From Catajapyx aquilonaris (lineage: Eukaryota), in contig KZ538321.1 in assembly GCA_000934665.2 (NCBI GenBank), positions 1-64,000 of the forward strand: DNA of 64,000 nt. Direction: 5' to 3'. Numbering within the stretch: the first letter of the stretch is position 1; every line of letters starts with the position of its first letter. Shown here in pieces: positions 29,308 to 42,125 of this stretch. The notes below the pieces were generated by a model that was given only the letters and a program-made list of their open reading frames with translations, made no database searches and was not told where the DNA came from. A program made the translations under genes and the position numbers.

Positions 29308-32087
29308 GATTATAGAGAGAGCTGATAGTTGTGCCTATGGTGGTTGCACAGTTCCAGTATACGTTTAGCAATTTGTAAATTTTTACTAGAGTATGGAGAT
29401 CACGAAGGATATTTTCGCAGCACATTACCTTTCATCACACACGTTTATATATAACATCCGATACATCCTGCTAGTTATGTCACCTTCCAGCCAGCCACAA
29501 ATTGGAGTCATCTAACCCACAGGATACTCCGGCTTTTATACAGATGAGTAAAACAGCAAAGAACATGCGATCATCTGCATTATGGGGCCCAAATGGTCAA
29601 AATCAAATGGACCCATTTCACTTCAACAATTCGCAAGGAAGTGGCATCTGAGAAGAAATGCGAATAAGTGCCACCATTCTATGCTGTATTGTACTGTAGG
29701 CACACCTGGAAAGTACTTGTCCTGCATTATTTGCTTATATTAATGAAAAAAAAACTATATGATCAATGCAGGAAAAACAATGACACGCTTCTCTGAGAAA
29801 GCAAGGCCCAATGCTGTTATTGGTGGAGAAAAAATAATTTTATGACCGCTAGAGAAAGTGGCAATAGTCGGGCTATATGAACTGTAATTCCTTGATTGTT
29901 TTTTATTACTTTTTTTTAAAGAAGATTTAGTTCTGTATACACGGCTGAAGTTCGTAACCGATTCAGTGTGTCCGAATACCGGTTATTTCCATTTCGGTAC
30001 GGGTGTTCATAATGCGATTAAGTTATGAATCATGAAGTTGTACGGTACTTTTTTGCTTCGCCTGCGTAACTAACTGTTTTTATATAGTGATGGTTTCAAG
30101 GTTTTCTTCCCCATGATTCTCGCCAACAAGAAAGTACAGTTTCCGCAAATACAATATATTATTCTGGCTAAGTACATAATATGCACATAATCTTACGCGA
30201 GTATAGGCCTATACTGTACTAAAAAATACATTGAGGTGGCACGGTGGTATATAGTGAATAATAGACCCCAGAATTCCACCTGAGGTTCTGAGTTCGCATC
30301 TCAAGTCGGGCTTTGGAGTTTTTCATGTGAAAAGAGGTTCATTGGATTATCTCTCGGTTAGACAGATTATCGCCCAGCATATTTGAAAAAATGTACCCGT
30401 AATGGCCGTAAAGATAAAGCATGAAGGCCTATTACTGAATATTTATACCATTGTAATCCAGCACACCTGATATAGCGCATCTTCTTACCTGAGTATGCTC
30501 CTAAGATAGCTTCTGTGTGTCATTAAGGCAAAAATGTACCTTCTGACTTTGAACTGGTCTATTGTATACCGCACATGCACATTAGCACCCTGACCTACGT
30601 ATATATTGGTCGTAAAAGGCTGGAACCGTGAGTAGAGACGATTCATCATTTCGATTGAACTGCTTGGTGCTCTAATTCATTTGACCACCGAATGCGATAA
30701 TAAGCGGTGGGGATTTTGAAAAAAAGAAACAACCCTGTTGATGAACAATTAGGCGGAGATATGGTTGAGGAGGTCGAGGTGGTTGGCTGATGGCTTCCGT
30801 GACAATTAGCTGTGCTACTGCTGCAGGCTTCAAGGCATGGATGAATGGGGGACAAGCTCTTTGGGGTTGGCTGAGATTGCTGAATTGGGGGGAACGAGCC
30901 ATGGTTGCATGGGGTGGGGGTTACATGTTGGAGGTGGTGGGTGAGGGAGGGGAACAATACACCCCCCTCCCCATCTCTATAAAGGGCGTACTTCTTTTGT
31001 CAAGGAGAAGGGAAACAGAATGCTCTGCTGATTCAATTTGAGGCTGATAAGCTCTTGTTCTGGTGTCAATGGTTGGCAAGTGTCGCTTGCTTATTGCACT
31101 GGGGTTTTGTTCCCTTATTTGAGTGACTGATTTTTTTTTTGTCGTATTCAACGGTTCGATCAATTTGGTTCTTTTGCCCTTGTTGAGGGCCGGGGTTAAA
31201 ATGTTTTCCTAATTATTACTTGAATATTTCACATTTTTGCACAATTTATGCACAATACAGTAGGCCTATACTGAAAAAGCTCTTACAATGACTCTTGCGA
31301 TTTTCCAAGGCCAAATTACTCAAGTTGATTTTCGTGATTCCGGCCTTAATTACCGAGATAATCTCATGCTAATTTTTGTTATTGTGTGAAACATGTTGTG
31401 CAGTCCATAACGTAATGGCTCCTTTCAACATTTTTTAAAAAATATATAAATTTACACTGTCTCGAACAATATACATAACTAAGTGAAAATTTAAAGCGCA
31501 TTAACGTGTCTCCAAATCGGTGTCCTCAAAGTTAATTTGCTCTCCGAATGTCAAATGGGATTCGAACCACCTATATTATTTTGTCCTCGCGCTGGTCACG
31601 CTCTTCGGTTGCGGTTGGGCGAATTGTGAATGGGCCTTATTGTATTTTTAATTCTGCTATACACAAGATTTTCCTTAATTAAATACCTAAATATGCTTTC
31701 CGTTTCGGCTTTTGACAGCGGGGTACCCTGTATCTGACAAAAATACTGCCTCACTCGGCCCATACCACAAAAATCTATTCCGCAGCAAACAGGTTTCTGC
31801 TACAATAAGTAGGCTATACTGAACATTCAGGGACTGGCATAAACAGGTTTCACTGAAAGAAAATAGAGAATATTATTCTGGAAGGTGACACAGGATATTA
31901 TCCGTGCGTATGATGAAAACAAAATTGACAAGTGATTTCATCCGTAATTATAGAGTCCCCAATCACCACAATCAACATTATAGAAATATTGAATATTGTA
32001 AGGAGCTGCATTTTGCGAGGAAGAGCTGAAATTTATCTGACAGCAATAAAGACTTTTCCGAAGAATGATCATCTACTAACAATAAAC

Positions 32088-32319
32088 TTGGAACAGGAGT
32101 CATGATGGCGGGTATTATTTTTCAAACAACTGAATCTGTGTATAATAACAAATAAATATTCATTGTATGTTGTCGCATATCGCATTCCGACCCATATAAT
32201 TTGCCCTTCCTGAATGGGGATAAAAGGCATGAGTTGGCTGACATCAGGGCTGACATCGTATCTTGCCCTCATAATATTATTATTTGTTGTGGCAGCAGTA
32301 CCAAAGTTGTGTAATGCAC
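32088..32319 (+). repeat. Dispersed repeat, copy 2
   Basis: Direct repeat of 26938-27153. Confidence 0.85.
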
Positions 32320-34302
32320 ATGGGGCATTTTAAATTGCTATACCATCTGACTTCTGAATCGGTATAGTCGTATAGAGTACATCTACATAAAATGTTTTGT
32401 AAATCAACATCTAGAGAGATGTATCTACCATATATTCATAATCTGGTACAAAAATGTGCAGGTTTTGGGGTGCAGATTTCGTTATCAAAGTAATGATATA
32501 ATACATGACTTGTAAGCTTATTATGAATTTGTTAATGCCCTTGTCCATTCAGTCCTTGCAGATGCAAATCAGATGCAAAAAAATGAAGTATTTGAGCCAT
32601 TCTTATTGATGACAAGTCACACAGGATTCCGTACGAAATATATCTTAATTTAAAAAGTGAAAAAGCTACGTCACCAGTGTATCGGGAAGCAGCTGCAGCA
32701 ATTAAGAGCCGAACCCTGCATGATGTCCCCTGACCCCAACCCTACCTCCCCCATCCAGCCACCCCCTCTGATTTGAGCCTGAAACTGTGATGTGGGCGAT
32801 TGTTTGCCCAAGTGCCAGAGGGCGAACACTCGCTTCTATTTGAACAAGATTGATGTAAGCGAGGAGGTGTGGATGGAGAGAGGGGTCGGTCGGTCGGTGA
32901 GTTAGTTGGTTGGCCGGCCGGTCGTCACAAGGGGGCATCTGATGCATGCTTACCAACATGTATACGCATCAGGGAAAGGTGAGGGATGATCGGAACACGC
33001 TCTTCCGGATGACTCATCACACACAGATATATCACACTTTGCATCAGAGGTAGCACCTGGCCGATTCACTAGTCTGCGCTGCCTTTTAGGGAACTAGGAG
33101 CTGGCCAATGCAGATTATACGGATTATGCTGTGGTGCAAATTGGACACGATTAATTAGACCAAAACTAAATTTATTAAATTACATTTCAGTATGCTCCCC
33201 AAACGTAGCTGGAAGGAATAATATTATTATGACTTGAAAGGCAGCATAATTATAGTGACTGCGACAATTGGCTATTATTTGGCATAGAGGCATAGAAAGT
33301 CATCGGTGTAAAAAAATTAGCATTTCAAAGAATTGGTTATATGCGCTGAAGCACATAGCTGAGTGCCCACTTTCGCATTTGAACCCTATTTTAATAATTC
33401 CATTTTGTATTATGAGAATACTAAGAGACAACCTCTTCCCGTAATGAAATCTCAGTTTAAAAGTTACGTGTGGTTACGACCTTCATTGATCCGTTTTGAG
33501 AAAATCCCAGTTGTAGGACTGAATGTGATTGCGGTTATCAGTTAGGAAGAATCCACATCTCTTATTTTTGGGAACCATTCTAGGGAACCCAACGCGAACT
33601 GATTTGGCTCAATCAGTGTGGAAAAATGGAAGTGGGAATCAGTGGAGGTGAAAGGGAGGTCATAAAGAGTGGGTAATCCTACGCCTGTCGTGGCCCTTTT
33701 GACTTTTCCCCACGCATGATGTGGACCCTTGGCAAAAAGAGGTGGTCCGTGGGCCGTGACATGCGATACCGACCAGCAGCTCTCCTTTTTTCTCGCGCCT
33801 CGATGGATTAACAGACCGACGCGGTCATCCATGAAGACGATAGGCGCCTGCCTGCCTGCTAGACTTTACTTCTGCTGCGGTCAGCAAAGCCACTCTTTTA
33901 CTCACCATATAACGCCACTTGCCACTTTTACACGCAGTTTTTTTTGCGCGTTCAACACCTCACCAGTGCAGTGGCTTTAAAATAATCCTCAAGCTACTTG
34001 CTTTACAACAATATGTGGTTCAAAAGCTGGAATGTTTTCAGCACAAATATTCTAAATGCATTCATTCAAAAATTACCTAAGACATAGTCTATATACATTC
34101 GGATAATTTCATGTAATGTAACTTTCACAAATCCTTACATAATATCAAGCACTAATCTTAAATTTTTAGCAGGCTTCCTGATAATAATAAGGCCAAGGTA
34201 AGGCCCATTCCGAATTCCATATTGTTTATTACCAGGCTTGCAATAAACAATGTGAGGTGAAGGAGTAGGAAGCTACAATAATTATTGTTCAAAAGCAATA
34301 TA

Positions 34303-34489
34303 CAGGGTGACTCTAAAGTCTGGATACATAGGTAATTGAATTGCATTGTTGGTTGCCAGTTGTGCCAACTCCAAGGGCCAACTGTGCCAACTCAAACTTT
34401 ACTGACTGTCAATAATCTGTTAGTTGGCACAATTGGAAACCAACAATTCAATCAAATTACCTATGTATCCAGACTTTAGAGTCACCCTG
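34303..34489. mobile_element. TA-flanked hairpin MITE (Tc1/mariner type)
   Basis: TA|CAGGGTGACTCTAAAGTCTGGATACATAGGTAAT...ATTACCTATGTATCCAGACTTTAGAGTCACCCTG|TA. Confidence 0.9.
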
Positions 34490-37400
34490 TATTTATAAGT
34501 TTATTGTACAACACCTCCCGGAGTATTCGCCCCCGTGACAATTTCTTCACCGCCGTGTACAACTGTACCTCTCAGCAGCATTTTGGACTCCGGTGCTTTA
34601 GTACTGGAAATAATAGAAAATTGGTGAATTTTTTGCAAAATGATGCATTTTATTGGCAGAAACTATTGTAATTGCAAATTATGACCTATGTTGCCCTTGT
34701 TAGTGTACGGAAGCCCGCAGGGGAGGGGCAAGCGTGTTTATATTTTCAGTGCTTTGTGGCAAGGGAAGGGGTACGCTGCACCAACCTAACCTAACCTTCC
34801 TTCCTTACGGATACAGCCCTATCTTCAGCGGATACACGCCTAGGAGAGTTCATAATTAACACGTTCGAAACTGTTTGTTTATTTTGTTGCCAATCTTCAG
34901 AATAATTTTCATTGTTGACTTACGCATGTCACGTGTTGATGTCAGTCTGAGGCATGACTGTAGAGCAACCCAGCTCAATACCTCCGAGGGGAATATACAT
35001 AAAGGGGCTAAAACTCCGGATACCTTGTACAACACAATGCGAGAGACATTATTATAAAATTCTTGATAATACGTAAATCAAAAATGGTGGTGGGTCTGAG
35101 CTGCTTTTTAACAAAAGATGAACTATATACATTGTAGAGTTCATTGCATAAATCACTCATTACTGAAAGCAAACATCTGCTTTCCTCCATCACGTGATTT
35201 AAATCCAACCATCCTAAACCTTTCGCCGGGAGTGTACAGGCTATATTACAAAACTGCTGCAGTAGTCAATTAATTATTGGCGATAGAATGTCAAATAAGA
35301 CAAGTGAGAACTCTGTATACTCTATGAATAGCTCACAACATTATTTTCTGCAGATTACAACACACTGTTCTGCTACTCCGCTTATCAAGAAACACAGCAC
35401 ACGACGTCGCGCGTCGTCATTGAAAAAAATACCTGTAGCAAGTCAACATAAATCACGTAGTACGGTAATCAACTTGTATCGCCCATCAGATACTAAAATG
35501 TCTGTGAGTAATGTGACATTGAAAAAGGCAGTGTGGGTGCGTGTGCCTTATTGTTCGTGCTGCAAAGCGATCCATCCATATATATCGGGGGTCCTCGTAA
35601 CTCGTTTGATCCAGGGGTGCAAGAGCCAGCACGGCACAGAATTGAAGTCGGTTGAGAAAAGGTCGGGAGTGCCTCATTAGGATCATCAATAACACTTTAT
35701 CGGATGTGAGGCCATTAGGGGGGAGGGAAGAAGAGGGAAGGAAGGAGAGACGCCGCTTTACTCCCCACCCCGGTATAGGCGCAACATACAGTATAAGGAG
35801 GGATAGGGCACGAGTGGGGCCAATGAGCTAATCTTTATTAGCCTTTTCTGCCTGCACGTTACCGCTTATGAACTGTTGGCAAGAAGAAGCAGATGCTTTA
35901 GGTCGTTGGCCTCAAATGGTATTATTGAATCTGGAGTTGTTTTTTTGCAGCAATTTGGTTCAAAATTGAGCTTTGAAAATGTAGCTTTTTCATCCGGAGT
36001 GATGAAAGAGTGGAGGTGCATATTACTCTTGTGAGAGTGCAGGTTGTAGAGGAGGGTTGTATTGATCCAAGTTGGAGATCCGATCTGACAGCCAGCCAGC
36101 AAGGGTGACCATGCAGCAGGCGCAGAAAGAAAGCAGGCAGCATCGATTGTCTGAGAGCAACAACCAGCCAGCAAGTAAGCAAGCCAACCAGCAGGAGTGG
36201 CATGGGAATAACGAGGGAGGGATGGATGGATGGACGGATGGACGGACGATGGAGGGAGGCGATGTTCCTAATAATACATCGCAATGGTTTTATGGGGGCA
36301 ATCAGACCAGGAGACACAAACAAATATGCTGGGATTTTCATTATTGCCGGACGAGATACTGGACCATTGGCTAACACCACCTTTTCGTGGCACTCATAAT
36401 AAAAGGAGGCATTTGAATGCAAATGGATTACTCAGCCCTGGGCCTTTGGATCCAAACATAGTCCAAAGTGGTGGACTGGCTGTGTGAGATTTGTCCCCGA
36501 ATAGAAGTGTTTTTATCATTTTATGACCGAATAGCAAAAGTGGTGTTGCGATCAATTTTATTATGTCGATAACCTATGCAAATGACAACATGACTATTCA
36601 AATGTTAATGTGTATAAAATTATACTGTACATCTTGGGAGTACAAGAGGAACACAAAATTGGCAGTTTCGAGTTATTTACATCACTAGTAGCATTTTTCT
36701 GCTATATTGCCTGGTGAAATCCATTTAGTCCGAAATATTCCAAATGAACCATCAGCTTAGCCAAGAACTAGCATGTAAACAAGTGCAACGACAAATTTTT
36801 GTTTTGGATTATGTCTATATAAATGGGGTTTTTTTAGACAGTAAATTTCTCTTTGTAAGCCCACGATATATTATAATGTGCGCAAGTTACTATGTGAAGC
36901 ATAAAATTAATGTAGCGTTATATTGCATCATATTAACATAAGTTTATTATTGTGAATTTGACAGTGTCAAATGCTAAAGCATGAGAGTGGAATATTCGCC
37001 AGCCAGTTGTAATTAAATACAAATCTGTAACAGGCATTCAGAAAAAATTACAAATATGAAGCCTATTTCATGCATGCTGTGTACATCCAGGATTTACCCA
37101 TATATTCAGCTTTTTACCAGATTAATCATTAATGTAATGGGGAGTGCTGATGTACTTTTGAAATTACGTTTGATTCATATCTGAACCTACCAATTTATAT
37201 ACCATCTTAAGGAAAAAATACGGATTTTGGGTTCTGCACGTAACACCCAAAAGAAAAAAAGAGAATGTTATAGACATGTCTGGATAGTCCATTTCGTGCT
37301 CTATACCAGCTGAATCTGCGTTTTACTTTCCTTAATGTATAATTATACTGATTACCGCGTACACAGTGAATTTTGCTATCATGCTGCATCTCGACCCTAT

Positions 37401-39353
37401 TGTGACACCTGTTTTTGCCCATTTTATGACACCCATTTTTTCTTTCTGAATTTTTATATTATTTTAATTTTTATTGTTAAAACCAGTTTTTTCCGGTATG
37501 ATGGCGGTTCTGGATTTTGTCCGAGTCTGGCTCACTCTTATCACTTATGATTTTATGCCTCTTTTTGAAGAGTGTGCACATTGCACTCCCTATTATCCGT
37601 GCATCGGCAAAAAGTTAAGTTAGAAATAAAAGTCCAAAAAATGCCAATATGTCTCGAAAACGCATGACATACCAAATCCTGACAGCCTATATAACATCTT
37701 ATTTATGGCAGAGATTTCAGGGTCTCAAGCTGCTACCTTCAACCTCGGACCTCCCTATTTATGGCAGAGGGTGTCATTAATACTCGTATATTGGATCCAT
37801 CATTGGAAACGACTGCAAAGGCTATTCATCGAATGTTCCTTTTAGATCCTTTTCATAATCATAAAACTATTACAATACGATTGTAAATGTAACAATTCGA
37901 ATGTAAATAAACACTATTTCTAAGGGTGTCATCAATTGGCAAGTGAGAAGTGACAGATTTCAGTACCCAATAATTTCTGACACTCACACTAACTCTTTTA
38001 TTTAAATGCATCGGTATGATTAGAACAAACATTCACAAGAGGAAAAGGACATCTTCAATTACTAATATATTGTAACCTTCAAACTGTTTCCCCATTTAAA
38101 AATAAAAGTGTATAAAATTTCGAAATGAAACTCTGCTCTTAACGGAATTGGCACTTTTCACACCATATTACACTGTCGTGGCTGTGCAGCACTTGACAGT
38201 CTAATTGATTTCTTGAGAACCAACTGACCACTAACCTTCACCTCACTACAGGTTGTTAAATAAAGATAGGAAGTGCTTCCAAAGTGGTTAATTACTATGC
38301 TACATGTTTTGAATTCTTGTTATTTAACTTTCTCTGGGTGATAAAAGCGGGGGGCACAAATTGGTGGATATACTATCTTGGAGTCTGTTAAATAATCCTA
38401 ACTTGGGCGTGGTTTTCTTTGCCAATTATATAATTCCTCCAGTTATTTATCTGAAATGCATATTATTGCAATCTAGCAAGCTATGTATAGTCAGACTTCT
38501 CAGTCTATAGATATACCATACAATGTAGCAATATGGAGTCCATAACCGTTACTGTAATTTCCTGCCGCTTACTCAATGGCTTCTGCTTCCGGCCGCATGA
38601 AAACGAAAGGCGAATTACTGTGCTCCGCTCCGGATTATTACTTCATCAGGAAACAGGATCCTAAAGGGAGGGGAACACAAGCCTCGCACTGGATGAATAT
38701 AGCTACAGATTTCATGAGTGTTACCCACGCTATAGGTTACAAGATCGTTAGCTTTCACTGCCGAATTTCATTAACACTCTATTGCACAGATTCATAAATA
38801 AGAGTCTACATCAATTAATTCGAATACTGATAATATAATCCTTCGCCTCCATGTTGAGCACCATATCTATAGACAGAATCACTAACTTATTTTCAAATGA
38901 TGGTAATCAAATCACCACAAAATTGCAAAAACATTACAGTTCGTTTCAATGAGATATTTTAAGTAAAACTATGATAAACTTACTTAATCAGGCTTAGAGA
39001 TACAAATAACAATCTGTAATGTAGGCCTACGTAAAATGTAGATATTCAAGTTGAAAATCCTATAGGAGAGATTCCAAGCACAGCAACAGTGCTGGTGCTA
39101 AGATAGCTAGCTGTTATGTGATATCGATCCAGGTTGCTATATGACTTGTGAGCCTGAGTTGGGAAAAGCGACATACGGATAGCGCGGAAGAAAATGTTCC
39201 TGGGAAGTGGTCGATGGATGTCTTTAGAGGAAGGGGAAGGGCGTGTCTGCCTCTCGGATCCTGGGCTCTGGATTGGCTCGGCTGGATTACAGCCCTCCCG
39301 TTGCGTCTCTTTTGTGCAGACTTTGGATTGTGACAATAAGTGGGCCGTTGGGA

Positions 39354-39384
<31 letters not shown>

Positions 39385-39397
39385 CCAGCTGCTGCAG
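39354..39397. repeat. (CAG)n microsatellite
   Basis: cagcagcagcagcagcagcagcagcagcaa; no convincing coding context. Confidence 0.8.
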
Positions 39398-41676
39398 CCA
39401 CGGGAACCGACCAGCCAACCAAGGCTCAGTGACACAGCAAACCACCTCATATTTGCACCATTTACCAGAAGATGAAAGCTCACGCCCTTCCGGTCCACCT
39501 AAGTCTCCCCAGCAGCTCGCACATACCGACTTTTTTGAAAACTAGCAAGCATACACAGTAGCCGTTACAAAAAATGATGCTTGTATAGTTGAGGGTAATG
39601 GTGATGTCTCATGGGTGCATAAATAAAAATCATACATCGAATTTTTTTCACTGACAGGGTTCATTGCGGACAAAATCCTTCAGTAATGTGTAGTACGATC
39701 TGATTAAATATACTGTACAGAGATATACAGTATATTAGACAGCTTATGCAGACATCATGCTGTTAACCTTCAACGACATTCAATGATCATATTATGTCGC
39801 TTGCTGTGCCTGAGAAATGCTAGTCTATAATTATACAGTATACAGCAAGTACATTTGAAACCTTGCTTTTCAGTAGGTTCCATCCGGGGCGAAATTGAGT
39901 TACCCATTTCATAATACAGGCCTTCACACATATTGGTGGAGTACTCACTGGTCGTCAAGTCAGTTTTCTATAATTCAGTCTAATGACACTGTAATATGCA
40001 GTATGATAGTTTGCCAACTCTGGCATTTGATTTTACTTGTATTCGTGAATATGAATGATTTTTTAAAGAAATGATGCAAAGCTCAGCCTAAGGACTGCCA
40101 GTCAAGCGGCGACCACAGCATAGGATGCATATGGACTTATTTTGCCGGAAGCCGGTGAGGGTGAATAGAATTTACTTTGTTTCGTATTGTTCTTGTGATT
40201 ATTTTCATTATTATGATTATGATTTTTGTCCTCACGTCCTCACGTCGAGTTCTGTTATTTACTAATCAATTAGGCTACATGAAAAAATAATATTGAAACT
40301 GAGTGATCTCTCCGTTCCACGACAAATATATTATTATTATTATTATATTTGAAAAGGGACTTTCACGTGATCTGTAAATGAACTACTGTATATGTCCTAC
40401 TGGGAAATAAAATTTCACCTATTTCTGGTGCTTGTTTCCGCCGAAATCAAAACTCGACAAGGAATCTGCTCTGAATATCCAAACAGCGAATAGAACCTCA
40501 GCATGTTGCAGTCACTTTTGTTGCCATCAGCATAATATAATATTTATATGCATTGTTGGCGTTGCCTTTGGGAATGCCTGCATTTCGAAGTGCTTTACGA
40601 GCGTATAAACGAGTATAAATAACTTCCACTATTTTCATCGAAATAGAAAATTGGGACAAAGTTCTGCACTGCAGAGAAAAGGTGGACGACAGTTTTTTTG
40701 GCATATCTTTATTCTGTTTTCCATCTTCAGGGTCATCTGCATTGATATATGAAAAGTGCATGTTGCTGGATCTTACGTGAATAAAGAGAGGCAAAGCATA
40801 GAACATGCAATTTGATGGGTATATGAAACCTATTTTCCAGTATTTTCAATCTATCCAGTACAGAGCTGTTCCACAGTATACGGTACGTTATGGATATAAT
40901 ATTGTGCACAATGAGTGTGGACAACAAACTTGACTGTGTTAGTGTATGATAAAGTTTCAAGTATAAGTTACTGTAGACAAGATGTTTCTCTGCTCAAACT
41001 GACGATCCTGTAGCAGCAGGGACTCTGCACACAGTTTCCTTTACCTTCTTTTCGGATTTTGACTTTGTTTACAATGCTCACAGGAGTCACAAATTAATCA
41101 ACTATCTCCATCTGCAATGCTGGGACGGTCAAATTGGGCGGAGAAACACCCTGCAGTATGTGTGTCCCGCTTTTTCTCTTTGGACTAACTTATTGGGGAG
41201 CCCTTGAAATATAGTTCTCGCTCTTCCGCAGCATAGTAACTTAACAATAACCACAAGCTCATGGATTTGTCTTCCTCTGCTAAACTATATCTTCAGGTGC
41301 CAGAACCATTGCCATCAGGAGCCGTCGCGAAAGAACAGGTTTACTTAGGTCAGCGAAAGTCTCGGAGCCGTTGAAGATGTTATGTCGAGCAACGCGGGCC
41401 ACCGAAACATATACTTAGGTGAAGACAGTATCAAGGCATAAGGGGTGATTAGTGATAGTTGCTGTCTCCAAAACGTGTGCTGAGTTTCTGAACAACTTGA
41501 GGAGGAAGGCAGTCCGTGCAGAGGTCTCAGGAAATTACTGATAACTTAGTGTTACTTTTCCCACGAGTTTGGTGAAATGGTGAACCTGCTACATGAGAGT
41601 GACCTACAATCATACTGCATGTAGATGGATAATTAGATAAATTATAGAACCAAAGGATTTTTACTTAGCAATTTTT

Positions 41677-41760
41677 CGTCTTTACGCTGCTTATTTTTGA
41701 AAATGATACTTTGGCTCATGAGCCAAAGTATCATTTTCAAAAATAAGCAGCGTAGAGACG
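41677..41760. repeat. 84-bp spacerless palindrome
   Basis: Centre CTCA|TGAG at 41718/41719; 42-bp arms with one mismatch. Confidence 0.9.
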
Positions 41761-42000
41761 CAGTTACTTTTACTGGTTACCAAAAGTATACAATGTAGTA
41801 GCATCTAAAATTAAGGCTAGATGAATAACCTCTCTTAAGTCTAAATTGCATTAAATCCAATTTGGAGTGGCTCATTGGAACAATTATTGGTATCGAACAT
41901 GAATGATTGAACCCCCTTTTTGCAGGCGGGAAAAAGGACGGGTCCACGCAACCTATAACATTAGACCCTATAATGCTTGATAACCAGCAAAGGTAACTAA

Positions 42001-42125
42001 GGGCCTGTTTCACCAAGACCGGTTTTGATAAAACCCCGGTTCTTTCGGAAAACCCCTATTCTATTTGCAGGGATTTTCCGAAAGAACCGGGGTTTTATCA
42101 AAACCGAGCTTGGTGAAACCGGCCC
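42001..42125. mobile_element. Tourist/PIF-Harbinger MITE
   Basis: GGGCCTGTTTCACCAAG...CTTGGTGAAACCGGCCC; TSD TAA on both sides. Confidence 0.9.

Noticed and set aside
34783..34798. Interstitial telomeric (TTAGG)n array
   Set aside because: Only about 3 units, inside a dispersed repeat also seen near 12620-12700.
39046..39545. Poly-Q / poly-A protein exon
   Set aside because: Short (CAG)n in non-coding context; no recognisable domain or convincing splice-compatible gene.
41558..41565. Su(H) site CGTGGGAA as a vnd enhancer
   Set aside because: Single isolated 8-mer without a supporting cluster; compatible with chance.
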